NCBI GenBank assembly: GCA_035688935.1
Contig: DASSMI010000035.1
Location: 1-43,278 of the forward strand
DNA: 43,278 bases
Origin: Candidatus Limnocylindrales bacterium
Lineage (GTDB): Bacteria; Chloroflexota; Limnocylindria; Limnocylindrales; CSP1-4
Direction of reading: 5' to 3'
This document shows positions 10,213 through 18,916 of this stretch, piece by piece. The stretch's first letter is position 1. Every line of letters begins with the position of its first letter. Made by a program: the position numbers and the translations under genes. Under the pieces are notes generated by a model, which saw only the letters and a list, made by a program, of their open reading frames with translations, made no database searches and was not told the DNA's origin.

Positions 10213-11081
10213 GGGGCGCTCCCGGGCGCGACCGTGCGATCGCCCTGGTGGATGTTCCAGATCGACGGGCCGACGGCCTCGGGGAAGTCGTCGATCGCGG
10301 TGAACGTCCCGTCGGCCTCGAGCCGGATCGGGAGCTGGGGGAGGGGACGGGCGGCCGGGCCGAACACGGGGACCGCCCCGGTCAGCACGTCGAACGTCGA
10401 CTGGTGGCACGGACAGATGAGCTTCCGCTCGGACGCCCGGTACAGCCCCACCGGACAGCCGGCGTGGGTGCAGATCTTCGAGTAGACGACGTAGCCGTTC
10501 GGCGCCCATGCCGCCCGCGACGGGTCCAGCCTGAGGAGCTCGGGCGGGACGCGGATGAGCAGCGCCTGGCTGTCCGCCGAGCCGACCGCGCCGTCCGGGA
10601 AGACCGTCACGAGGCTGTCCACGGCCAGATCGTCGGCGTGGACCGGCTGCCCGGTGAGGCCGACGAGCCGGCGCCCGGGTCGCCACGAGGTGCTGAACTG
10701 TTCCGCGCCGGGCGCCGGTCCGAGGGACAGGACCGGGATCGCCAGCGCCGCGCCGAGCCCCGCGAAGGCGGCGACCAGCATCCCGACGAGGAGCTTCCGG
10801 CGGCTGAACCCCGCCTCCTCGGTCAGGGCCGCCTGGAAGTCGGCCGTCTCGGCGGCCGTCGACGTCGCCGGATGACGTTCCTCGACGACGATCGGCGTGT
10901 TCATCAGCTCCTGGGCCCACAGGACGATCCCGATCCCGAGGCTGCCCAAGGCGATGCCGAGGACGATGCCCTCGATCTGGGGCTGGCCGCCGAGGACGTA
11001 GACCGCGAGCAGCACGAGGCCGGCGAGGGCCGTGACGCCGAACAGCCCCGCGACGACCCACTCGGTCCGGGAGCGCGTCAT
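10209..11081 (-). CDS. qcrA: Cytochrome bc1 complex Rieske iron-sulfur subunit (three N-terminal TM helices)
   Basis: 290-aa ORF. Rieske boxes CTHAGCPVGLY and CPCHQSTFD are present. The N-terminal triple-TM anchor is typical of actinobacterial QcrA. Confidence 0.93.
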   Translation of the reverse strand: MTRSRTEWVVAGLFGVTALAGLVLLAVYVLGGQPQIEGIVLGIALGSLGIGIVLWAQELMNTPIVVEERHPATSTAAETADFQAALTEEAGFSRRKLLVGMLVAAFAGLGAALAIPVLSLGPAPGAEQFSTSWRPGRRLVGLTGQPVHADDLAVDSLVTVFPDGAVGSADSQALLIRVPPELLRLDPSRAAWAPNGYVVYSKICTHAGCPVGLYRASERKLICPCHQSTFDVLTGAVPVFGPAARPLPQLPIRLEADGTFTAIDDFPEAVGPSIWNIHQGDRTVAPGSAP

Positions 11082-11105
11082 CGGTGGACCTTCATCGGCG
11101 CCGAC

Positions 11106-11864
11106 TCATCGATGCCGCCGCCGCTCGATCCAGCGGGTGATCCCCAGGAGCGCGACGAGATACACGATCCAGCCGACATAGCCCTCGGCGACGGGTCCCA
11201 CGCCGCCCACGGTCGCGCCGCCGGGCGCCGCCTCGTCCCGGAGGAACTGGACGTAGGCCGCGATCTGGCTGAGGTTCGCATCGCTCACCTGGCGCTCGTC
11301 GAAGGGCGGCATCGCGCCCGGTCCGATCCGGATCGCCTCGCCGACCTGGGTCGGAGCCGTCCCGAGCAAGGGTGGCGCGATCGCGCCACCGCCGACCGCG
11401 TCACCGCTGCCGCCGGCACCGTGACACGCCGCACACGTCGCGACGTAGGTTGCCCGCCCCGCGGCGATGTCCGTCCCGTCGGTGATCTGGACCGGTGGGA
11501 TGGACGGCCCGTTCCCGAAGCTCGCGACGTACCCGACGAGCGCCTGGATCGCGGGCTCGTCGAACGCCGGCCGGCCCCGCCGGACCGGCTGCTGCGGCTC
11601 GGGGAGCGGCATCCGTCCCGTTCGGAGCATGAAGTCGACGGACGCCGCGCCCGCGTTCGTGAGGGCCGGCCCGTTCGCCGTTCCCGCTCCGCCCACGCCG
11701 TGACAGGCGGCGCAGTTGGCGGTGTAGAGCGTCGCTCCATCGGCGCCGGTGACCTGGTTCCCCGCCGCGGCGACGTCGCGTGGCGGTGGCGTCGGGACGC
11801 TCGGCGCGGCGAGCGGTCCCGCGATCGCCGCCCAGCCGAGGACGACGATCGCGCCGAGTCCCAC
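11106..11864 (-). CDS. qcrC: Cytochrome bc1 complex diheme cytochrome c subunit
   Basis: 252-aa ORF with a GTG start. It carries two CAACHG heme-c motifs, each followed by a distal Met region, and a C-terminal TM anchor (WIVYLVALLGITRWI). Confidence 0.9.
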   Translation of the reverse strand: MGLGAIVVLGWAAIAGPLAAPSVPTPPPRDVAAAGNQVTGADGATLYTANCAACHGVGGAGTANGPALTNAGAASVDFMLRTGRMPLPEPQQPVRRGRPAFDEPAIQALVGYVASFGNGPSIPPVQITDGTDIAAGRATYVATCAACHGAGGSGDAVGGGAIAPPLLGTAPTQVGEAIRIGPGAMPPFDERQVSDANLSQIAAYVQFLRDEAAPGGATVGGVGPVAEGYVGWIVYLVALLGITRWIERRRHR

Positions 11865-12010
11865 GAGGCCTCCGACGGCGTGGCGATCCAGCTCCGGCTC
11901 CCGAGCGTGCTCCTCCGGCCGGCGCGGGCCTCCAGACCGAGCGCGTCGGCGTGGGTCTATCCTCTCCCGGCGGCGGGCCGTTGGGAACCCCCCGGAACCG
12001 GAGACGCCAT

Positions 12011-12406
12011 GTGACAGCGGCGCATCAAACCGTCGCGTGGCTTGCCGTCGCGATCTCCGCGGCAGTGCTCGGCGCCGCCGTCTGGTCGGCCGTCGCGGGA
12101 CGCCGATCCGGCGGCAGCATGGACCATCGCTTCGCCGTCGATCGGGCGGTCATCGCCGCCGAGGGCGTGATCGCCGTCGCGGCGCTGATCGGCCTCGCGA
12201 TCGTCGCGGGCGGGAGCCGGCCCGCGGACGCGCTGCATCTGTTGTACGGTGTCCTCGCCGTCGTCGCGCTGCCCCTGGGCTGGCTCATCGGCGGTCGCGC
12301 TACCCCGGGCGCCGTCACGCCCCCGCGCCTCCGTCGCGACACCTGGATCGGGGTGGCCGCGGCGATCCTCCTGGCGATCGAGCTCCGCCTGTTCCTCACC
12401 GGCTGA
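12011..12406 (+). CDS. Hypothetical small integral membrane protein (about 4 TM)
   Basis: In-frame tail of track ORF 11780..12406. GTG 12011 is preceded by GGAG 7 nt upstream. The product is 131 aa, hydrophobic, with high GC3. No recognisable domain. Confidence 0.5.
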   Translation: MTAAHQTVAWLAVAISAAVLGAAVWSAVAGRRSGGSMDHRFAVDRAVIAAEGVIAVAALIGLAIVAGGSRPADALHLLYGVLAVVALPLGWLIGGRATPGAVTPPRLRRDTWIGVAAAILLAIELRLFLTG

Positions 12407-12461
12407 CGTCGCCGCCGACCCCCCGGCGACCGGTGCCATCCGCGCCCCGCTCGAACGTACT

Positions 12462-12480
12462 GGGCGGCCGCGGGCCGCCC
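12462..12480 (+). terminator. Short perfect GC hairpin downstream of the membrane-protein gene
   Basis: GGGCGGCC-gcg-GGCCGCCC, an 8-bp perfect stem with a 3-nt loop, lies 55 nt after the stop at 12406. There is no U-tract. Confidence 0.3.
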
Positions 12481-12568
12481 GAACACGATCGGGCTATGGA
12501 TCGGAACCGGCGGACGCCGGATCGTCGGAGGGACCAGACCGACCCCCGCGACCTGGAGCTCTCGAACC

Positions 12569-14344
12569 GTGCCTGCCGGTGTTCCGCCGCCCCGTCACGC
12601 CCTCCGTCACGCACGGCGCGCGACGCGCCGTTTCCTCGCCCTCGTCCTCGCCGCCACGGCCGTCGCCGTCGCCGCGCCGCCCGGCGCCGTCGCGTCAGGC
12701 ACGCCCGTGGCTCGGAGCCCGTCGACGCCGTCGGTCGACGCCACGACCTCGACCGTCGAGGGGATCGACGTCAGCCACTGGCAGGGCGCGATCGACTGGG
12801 CGAAGGTCGCCGGCGCGGGCAAGCATTTCGCGATCATCAAGGCGACCGACAGCGACGACTTCTTCGACGATCGTTACGTGTTCAACCACACGAACGCGAA
12901 GGCGAACGGCCTGTGGACCGGCGCGTACCACTTCGCACGGCCCGACTCGAGCGCGGGCGACGCTGTGGGCGAGGCCGATTGGTTCGTCTCCCACATCGGC
13001 CTGACGGCCGGCGATCTCGTGCCGGCGCTCGATCTCGAGCAGAGCGGCGGCCTGTCGGTCAGCTCGCTCCAGACGTGGGTGAAGACGTTCCTGGACCGCG
13101 TGACGAGCCGGACCGGTGTCCGGCCGATGATCTACACGAGCCCGAACTTCTGGAAGAACGCCATGGGTGACAGCCGGGCGCTCGCCGACGCCGGTTACAA
13201 GATCCTGTGGGTCGCCCACTGGGGCGTGTCGTCGCCGACCGTTCCAGCCCAGAACTGGGGCGGCCACGGCTGGACGTTCTGGCAGTACACGAGCGACGGC
13301 TCCGTCCCTGGAATCTCGACCCGCGTGGATCTCGACCGCTACAACGGGACGGACTTCTCGCGCGTCGCGTACTCGACGTTCAAGCTGACCGCGTCGGTCC
13401 CGGCGAGCGCCACGAAGCAGGGCGGCACCTCGGCCGCGACGGTCGGCATCGTCCGGACGAACTTCGATTCCGACGTCGCGCTCGACATCGCCGGTCTTCC
13501 GGCCGGGGCGACCGCGACGTTCGACGCGAATCCCGCCGGCGGGGACGCCGCAGGCCTCACGGTCACGACGGATCCGGATCCTGCCGCGACGCCCGTCGGC
13601 ACCTATCCGCTGACGATCACCGGCCAGGCGAACGGCCTGACGCGGATCCTGAAGATGAGCCTCGTCGTCACCGATGGCCTCCCGCCGACGGTCAGCGTCC
13701 CGTCGACGCGGCTCTGGTCGGGGCGGACGCTCGGGACGACGACCGTGCCGGTCCGCGTCCTGTGGTCGGCGACCGACCCGAGCGGCCTCGCGTCCACCGC
13801 GCTCCAGAAGAGCTCGAACGACGGGGCATGGACGACGGTGGGCCTCGCGTCGGCGACCGCGCAGGCCGCTGACAGCTCGATCCCGATCGGGGGGACGGGC
13901 CGCCAGCGGGTCCGAGCCACGGACCGCCGGACGAACACGAGCGACTGGGTCCCGGGCGGTCTCGTCCGGGCGTCGGTCTACCAGCAGTCGTCGTCGGCGG
14001 TCACCTGGACCGGGACGTGGCACACGACCGGCTGGAGCAGCGCGTCCGGCGGCTCGGTCCGCTACGCGACGAGCCGGGGCGCGTCGGCGACGTTCTCGTT
14101 CACTGGCTCCAGCGTGGCGTGGGTCGCGGCGAAGGGCTCCACGCGCGGCTCGGTCTGGGTCTACGTCGACGGGGCGTACGCCGGATCGGTGAGCCTCTAC
14201 GCGGCGACGGGCCAGTCGCGGGCGATGGTCTTCGCGCGGAACTGGTCGACCGTCGGGTCGCACACGCTGAAGATCGTCGTGGCCGGGACGGCCGGCCACG
14301 CGCGCGTCGACGTCGACGCCTTCGCTCGCCTGACGATCGGCTGA
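12569..14344 (+). CDS. Secreted glycoside hydrolase family 25 muramidase (lysozyme) with C-terminal Ig-like and carbohydrate-binding-like domains
   Basis: 591-aa ORF. The signal region has TRRFLALVLAATAVAVAAPPGAVA (Tat-like RR motif). The GH25 core is GIDVSHWQGAIDWAKV...FAIIKATD...AYHFARP...DLE...WFWQYT. About 330 further residues follow, ending in a ...VWVYVDGAYAGSVSLY...HTLKIVV... jelly-roll-like module. Confidence 0.88.
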   Translation: MPAGVPPPRHALRHARRATRRFLALVLAATAVAVAAPPGAVASGTPVARSPSTPSVDATTSTVEGIDVSHWQGAIDWAKVAGAGKHFAIIKATDSDDFFDDRYVFNHTNAKANGLWTGAYHFARPDSSAGDAVGEADWFVSHIGLTAGDLVPALDLEQSGGLSVSSLQTWVKTFLDRVTSRTGVRPMIYTSPNFWKNAMGDSRALADAGYKILWVAHWGVSSPTVPAQNWGGHGWTFWQYTSDGSVPGISTRVDLDRYNGTDFSRVAYSTFKLTASVPASATKQGGTSAATVGIVRTNFDSDVALDIAGLPAGATATFDANPAGGDAAGLTVTTDPDPAATPVGTYPLTITGQANGLTRILKMSLVVTDGLPPTVSVPSTRLWSGRTLGTTTVPVRVLWSATDPSGLASTALQKSSNDGAWTTVGLASATAQAADSSIPIGGTGRQRVRATDRRTNTSDWVPGGLVRASVYQQSSSAVTWTGTWHTTGWSSASGGSVRYATSRGASATFSFTGSSVAWVAAKGSTRGSVWVYVDGAYAGSVSLYAATGQSRAMVFARNWSTVGSHTLKIVVAGTAGHARVDVDAFARLTIG

Positions 14345-14399
14345 CGCTTCGCTCGGCTCGGGGCGGCCGGCTCGGGCACGGCCGGCCCGTGCCGTGTCG

Positions 14400-14858
14400 C
14401 TAGCGGGGCTTGCCCTCGCGAAGCGCCGCGATCGATTTCGCGAGGCGCCGGGCGCGGGTCTCCTCGCTCTTCGCCCCCTCGAGCAGGGTGACGTGATAGC
14501 CCTTGTTGCTCGGTGACAGCGCCTCGAACGTGCGACGCGCCGCCGGCTCGGCGTCCAGGGCGGCGGCGAAGTCCGCCGGGAGGGCGACCTCGCGCGGAGC
14601 GTCGTCGATCTCGAGCTCGATGTCGTGCGTCTCGCCGCCGGCGACGCCCGCGCCCGCTCGATTCTCGGCGCTCACGCCGATGAGGTAGCGCCCACCCATC
14701 GGCGCGACGGTGCTCCGGTACGTGTAGCCGTTGATCGTCACCCGGACCGGCGGACGCTTGCCCTTGCCGAGCGCCAGGACCGTCTCCTCGGGCACCTCGA
14801 AGCCCACGGCCGTCTTGCCGGTCGTCTCGAGCAGGGCGCGGATCCGGTGAGGGGGCAT
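14400..14858 (-). CDS. DUF1905 / YdeI-OmpD-associated family protein
   Basis: 152 aa from MPPHRIRALLETTGKTAVGFEVPEE...VRVTINGYTYRSTVAPMGGRYLIGV...YHVTLLEGAKSEETRARRL. GGAGG lies 5 nt upstream of ATG 14858, which shares one nt with the cupin stop. Confidence 0.78.
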   Translation of the reverse strand: MPPHRIRALLETTGKTAVGFEVPEETVLALGKGKRPPVRVTINGYTYRSTVAPMGGRYLIGVSAENRAGAGVAGGETHDIELEIDDAPREVALPADFAAALDAEPAARRTFEALSPSNKGYHVTLLEGAKSEETRARRLAKSIAALREGKPR

Positions 14859-15382
14859 CAGGTCCTCCGCTGAGTCGGTCGCTCGCCGTCGGGGAGCCAG
14901 ACGTTGTCGTGGCGGAGATAGAACTCGTCGATCACCGCCTGATCGGTGGGCCGGCCGGATCGTCCCCACTCCGCGAGTCCCTCGAAGTAGCCCTCCCGTG
15001 GCGCGCCCGGCGCGAAGTGGAGGAGCATCGAGGCCGGCGCACCGGACTCGTTCCGGAAGCCGTGGATCCCGCCGATCGGGACATGGACGAAATCGCCGGG
15101 CCGGCAGGCGCGCCACTCGCGGCCGTCGTAGATCCGGATCTCGCCGGTCAGGACGTAGAACGACTCGGTGATCGTCCGGTGGAAGTGCGGGCCGGGCCCG
15201 CTCCGCTCGGGGCCCATCAGCCAGCGGTACAGCCCGTACGTCCCGCCGGTGGTCGCACCCGTCGCGAGGTAGTGCGCGGCGTTGCCGTTCGCGTAGGTGA
15301 GCTCGGGTGGCGCATCGGCCGCGCGGAACGTGGCTGAAGCCTCACCGGTCGAGCCGTGGTAGACCGGCTCGGGATAGCTCAT
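14858..15382 (-). CDS. Cupin domain protein
   Basis: 174 aa from MSYPEPVYHG... The cupin motifs are GPGPHFHRTITESFYVLTGE...GDFVHVPIGGIHGFRN. GGAGGG lies upstream of ATG 15382. Confidence 0.8.
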   Translation of the reverse strand: MSYPEPVYHGSTGEASATFRAADAPPELTYANGNAAHYLATGATTGGTYGLYRWLMGPERSGPGPHFHRTITESFYVLTGEIRIYDGREWRACRPGDFVHVPIGGIHGFRNESGAPASMLLHFAPGAPREGYFEGLAEWGRSGRPTDQAVIDEFYLRHDNVWLPDGERPTQRRT

Positions 15383-15475
15383 CGGGCCCTCCGGTGGCGT
15401 GTCATCGGCGTCGCCCGATGAGTTTGCCGGACCGGCGCCGTCAACGGGTCGAACACCTGCACGAGGTTCGTCGTC

Positions 15476-15838
15476 TTGGCACGCCCAGGTCGCATCCGCT
15501 TGCCGGCGACGCTCGACCGCGCCGAGGTGCCGGTCGTCGTCAGCGCCTCGATCGCTGCCGCGCGCGGAGCTGCGTCCGTGTCGTGCGATGCCGGCGCCGT
15601 CGCGCCCGCCGCGCTCCCGGCCGTCGATGCGATCGCCCGGATCGCCCTCGCGCTCCGTCGTGACCGGCGGTCGTTCCGCCTCGAGCACGCCAGCCCCGAG
15701 CTCCTCCAGCTCCTGGACCTGTGCGGCCTCACCGGCTCCGTCGCGAGGCCGGGTGACGACGCCACGACCCCTAGGCGTCGAGGTGCGGCGGCAGCCCGAA
15801 GAGCGGGAAGAAGCGCTCGGTGTCGAGGAAGAAGGTGA
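15476..15838 (+). CDS. Putative STAS-domain protein (anti-sigma-factor-antagonist-like)
   Basis: 120-aa ORF with a TTG start. The pattern ...LDRAEVPVVVSASIAAARGAASVSCDAGAVAPAALPAVDAIARIALALRRDRRSFRLEHASPELLQLLDLCGL matches short actinobacterial STAS proteins. GC3 is high for about 95 codons. The last 68 nt overlap the convergent sigma-factor gene. Start and stop are uncertain. Confidence 0.5.
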   Translation: MARPGRIRLPATLDRAEVPVVVSASIAAARGAASVSCDAGAVAPAALPAVDAIARIALALRRDRRSFRLEHASPELLQLLDLCGLTGSVARPGDDATTPRRRGAAAARRAGRSARCRGRR

Positions 15839-16802
15839 TCCCGGCGATCCGCCGCCCGTCCGGCTCGAGCTCGAGGACCTGGATCGACCACGGCGCGAGG
15901 CCGCCATGCTCCGGGTCCGGCTTGTACTGGGCGAAGCCCGGCGAACCGTTGACGTTGATCGGCAGCAGCCGTGAGCCGCGGCAGCCGCCACCCGGGCCCA
16001 GGCACCAGGCGACGATGTCCCGGTGGGTCTGGAGCCAGATCTCGTACGGCGGCATCGACCAGCGGGCGTCCTCGTTGAGGATCCTCGTCAACGCCTCCAT
16101 GTCGTACTGCTCGAAGGCCGCGACGTAGCGGGCGAGGAGCGCCCGATGCTCGTCGTCGAGCTCGGCCGGCGTGGGGTCGGCCACGACGAGGTGCTTGTCC
16201 GACAGCGTCGCGCGTGCCCGCTGCAGCGCGCTGTTCACCGACGCGGTCGACGTCTCGAGCAGCTCGGCGACTTCCTCGGCTCGCCAGCGGAGGACCTCGC
16301 GCAGGATGAGCACCGCGCGCTGCTTCGGCGGGAGGTGCTGGAGGGCCGCGACGAAGGCCAGGCGGATCGACTCGCGGGCCACGGCCACATCGGCCGGGTC
16401 ACCGCCGGCGGGCAGCGCCCGGTCATCGGGAACGGGCTCGACCCAGGCGGCCTCGGGAAGCGGCGTCCCGAGGGCGCTGTCGGCGGTCAAGGCCGGGTTC
16501 AGGTCGATCGGCCGCGCCCGGCGCTGAGTCGCGCCCTTCATGTCCAGGCAGACGTTCGTCGCGATCTTGTACAGCCACGACCGGAACGAGGATCGACCCT
16601 CGAATCGGTCGACGCTCCGCCAGGCACGCAGGAACGTCTCCTGGACGGCGTCCTCGGCCTCGAACGCCGAACCGAGGATCCGGTAGCAGTAGCCGGTGAG
16701 CTCGGTCCGGTGGGCTTCGAGCCTCGCGTCGAGGTCGCTGGCGGTGGGGATGTCGGGCGCTCCAGCGCCGGTCGTCGGGAGGTCGACGGTCGCTTCGGTC
16801 AT
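15771..16802 (-). CDS. ECF-type sigma-70 factor with C-terminal SnoaL/NTF2-like extension
   Basis: 343-aa ORF. Region 2 is EDAVQETFLRAWRSVDRFEGRSSFRSWLYKIATNVCLD. Region 4 is LPPKQRAVLILREVLRWRAEEVAELLETSTASVNSALQRAR. About 130 further residues follow (ARYVAAFEQYDMEALTRILNEDARW...). Confidence 0.9.
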   Translation of the reverse strand: MTEATVDLPTTGAGAPDIPTASDLDARLEAHRTELTGYCYRILGSAFEAEDAVQETFLRAWRSVDRFEGRSSFRSWLYKIATNVCLDMKGATQRRARPIDLNPALTADSALGTPLPEAAWVEPVPDDRALPAGGDPADVAVARESIRLAFVAALQHLPPKQRAVLILREVLRWRAEEVAELLETSTASVNSALQRARATLSDKHLVVADPTPAELDDEHRALLARYVAAFEQYDMEALTRILNEDARWSMPPYEIWLQTHRDIVAWCLGPGGGCRGSRLLPINVNGSPGFAQYKPDPEHGGLAPWSIQVLELEPDGRRIAGITFFLDTERFFPLFGLPPHLDA

Positions 16803-16928
16803 CGGGGCATCCTACCCGCCACCGCCGCCGGAAGCCGTCATGAACCGATGAGTTCCCGTCACATCCGTCGTCTCGTAGGTGACACTGGACCGACGGACGA
16901 TGCCCAGTCCCATCCCAGGAGGCACCCT

Positions 16929-18314
16929 GTGACCCCCACCGCCAACGCCAGCCCGGTTCTGGACGCGGTCCGAGCCGCCGCCACCACCGTCATCGGTCCC
17001 GAGGACCCCGAGTACGACCTGGCTCGGCGCGTCATGTACGACGACGACGCCCACCCGCTCGCGATCGCCCGTCCGGCCGACGCCGCCGAGGTCGCGCGCG
17101 TCGTCGACGTCGCCCGCGAGACCGGATCCGAGCTGGCCGTCCGGAGTGGCGGCCACTCCGGCGCGGGCCACGGCACGAGCGACGGGGGGATCGTCCTCGA
17201 CCTGGCGGCGCTGAAGGGTCTCGATCTCGACGTCGCGGGCCGCACCCTGTGGGCCGGCACCGGTCTCACGGCCGGCGAGGTCGGGACGGCGCTCGCCGAG
17301 CACGGCCTCGTCGTCGGCTTCGGCGACACGGCGAGCGTCGGGATCGGCGGGATCACGAGTGGCGGCGGGATCGGCTACCTCGTCCGCAAGCTCGGGCTGA
17401 CGATCGACAACGTCCTGGCGGCCGAGATCGTGACCGCCGACGGAGCGGTCCGGATCGTCGACGACGAGCACGAGCCCGATCTCTTCTGGGCCGTCCGAGG
17501 CGGAGCCGGCAACGTCGGGGTCGTGACGCGGTTCCAGTACCGGCTGAGCGAGCTCCCGGCGCTGGTCGGCGGGATGCTGATCCTTCCGGCGACTCCCGAG
17601 GCCGTGGCGGGCTTCCTCGCGGCCGCGGCCGCGGCACCCGACGAGCTTTCGACGATCGCGAACGTCATGCCCTGCCCGCCGATGCCGTTCGTCCCGGCCG
17701 AGCGCCACGGCGAGCTCGTGATCTTCGGGATGCTCGCCTACGCGGGCACGCCCGACGCGGCCGAGCCGGTCCTCGCCCCATTCCGAGCGCTGGCCGAGCC
17801 GATCTCGGACATGATCCGTCCGATCTCGTACATGGAGCTCTTCCCGCCCGAGGATCCGGACTACCACCCGATCGCCGCAGCGCGGACGATGTTCCTGGAC
17901 CGCGTGGACCGGGACGTGGCGGCGAAGATCGTCGCGACGCTGACCGAGCACGCCCGCACGTCGAATGCGCAGATGGTCGTCACCCAGCTCCGGGTGCTCG
18001 GCGGGGCGATGGCGCGGGTGCCCGCCGAGGCGACCGCGTTCGCGCACCGCTCGAGCCGGATCATGGCCAGCCTCGCGGCGCTCGTCCCGACCCGTGAGGA
18101 CCTGCCGGCCCACCAGGCGTGGGTCGACGGCTACGCGGCCGCGCTCCAGCAGAGCGACCGGGGACGGTACGTGAACTTCCTCATGGACGAGGGTCCCGAG
18201 GCGGTCGCCGCCGCATTCCCGGGCGAGACGGGTCGGCGGCTCGCCGACATCAAGCGCCGCTACGACCCGGCGAACCTGTTCCGGCGCAACCAGAACGTCG
18301 CGCCGGCGAGCTGA
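16929..18314 (+). CDS. FAD-binding (PCMH-type) oxidase with BBE-like C-terminus
   Basis: 461 aa from GTG 16929, with AGGAGG 6 nt upstream. Motifs are LAVRSGGHSGAGH, VGIGGITSGGGIGYLVRKLGLT, and the C-terminal YVNFL...IKRRYDPANLFRRNQNV. The upstream part of track ORF 16023..18314 is antisense to the sigma gene and was rejected. Confidence 0.9.
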   Translation: MTPTANASPVLDAVRAAATTVIGPEDPEYDLARRVMYDDDAHPLAIARPADAAEVARVVDVARETGSELAVRSGGHSGAGHGTSDGGIVLDLAALKGLDLDVAGRTLWAGTGLTAGEVGTALAEHGLVVGFGDTASVGIGGITSGGGIGYLVRKLGLTIDNVLAAEIVTADGAVRIVDDEHEPDLFWAVRGGAGNVGVVTRFQYRLSELPALVGGMLILPATPEAVAGFLAAAAAAPDELSTIANVMPCPPMPFVPAERHGELVIFGMLAYAGTPDAAEPVLAPFRALAEPISDMIRPISYMELFPPEDPDYHPIAAARTMFLDRVDRDVAAKIVATLTEHARTSNAQMVVTQLRVLGGAMARVPAEATAFAHRSSRIMASLAALVPTREDLPAHQAWVDGYAAALQQSDRGRYVNFLMDEGPEAVAAAFPGETGRRLADIKRRYDPANLFRRNQNVAPAS

Positions 18315-18500
18315 GCGCCGCCCCGCCAGCGTCGGACCGAGCCCGGAAGCGCAATCAGGCTCGACGCATCCGAGCGGCCGTCGGGCCCTTCGGCACGCCG
18401 CGGCCGGTTCCTTCGGCCGTATCGGGGAGCCGGCGCGGCTGCGACGCTGGACGGGCAAGCGCGATCGCGATGCGCGGTCGCGCGCGAAAGGAGCCCGAGG

Positions 18501-18902
18501 ATGAAGAAGATCCTCCTGGCGTTCGATGGCGGCGAGCCCGCCCATCGCGCCCTCGATCTGACCGTCGATCTCGCCCGCCAGTTCGGCGCCGGGGTGACGG
18601 TCGTCAGCGTCACCCCGGTCCATCCGGGCCGCGTGCCCGTGGATCCGTGGGACGACCGCCCCGTCCATCTGCAGGAGCTGGCCGAGGCGCAGCAGCTTCT
18701 GCGTCAGCGCGGCATCGAGCCGCACCTCCTCGCGCCGACCGGCGAGCCGGCTCCGACGATCGAGCGGATCGCCACCGAGGGCGAGTTCGACGCGGTCATC
18801 CTCGGTTCGCGCGGCCTCGGCGCGATCTCACGCTTTCTGCAGGGCAGCGTGTCCGAGCACGTCGCAGCTCACGGCGAGAGCACGGTCATCGTCGCTCGCT
18901 GA
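18501..18902 (+). CDS. Universal stress protein (single USP domain)
   Basis: 133-aa ORF: MKKILLAFDGGEPAHRAL...AVILGSRGLGAISRFLQGSVSEHVAAH. AAAGGAG lies upstream of the ATG. Confidence 0.9.
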   Translation: MKKILLAFDGGEPAHRALDLTVDLARQFGAGVTVVSVTPVHPGRVPVDPWDDRPVHLQELAEAQQLLRQRGIEPHLLAPTGEPAPTIERIATEGEFDAVILGSRGLGAISRFLQGSVSEHVAAHGESTVIVAR

Positions 18903-18916
18903 GGGAGGCGATCCCC

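Noticed and set aside
6486-12014. Long antisense ORFs over the respiratory operon (6486..8300, 8177..9343, 8995..10485, 10248..12014). Also the long N-terminal extensions of track ORFs 5902..7986, 6402..8762, 8045..9523 and 8827..11061.
   Set aside because: The real proteins begin at internal start codons that overlap the preceding stop (ATGA/GTGA). The extensions are Arg/Pro/Gly-rich and read through the upstream gene in another frame.
14375-14393. 7-bp hairpin GGCACGG-ccggc-CCGTGCC between the convergent GH25 and YdeI-like genes as a bidirectional terminator.
   Set aside because: The stem is short and has no U-tract. Such structures are expected by chance in DNA this GC-rich, so it is not reported as a feature.
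16803-16928. ECF41-type autoregulatory promoter (TGTCACA-N16-CGTC) in the sigma/oxidase spacer.
   Set aside because: Only a -35-like TGTCAC (16884-16879, minus strand) is present, and the expected CGTC -10 element is not at the required spacing. It is mentioned in a finding but not called as a feature.
16812-18725. 637-aa minus-strand ORF antisense to the FAD oxidase, and plus-strand ORF 18119..19153.
   Set aside because: These are shadow ORFs with Arg/Gly/Asp-rich sequence and no domains. The opposite strand encodes clear FAD-binding/BBE and USP proteins.
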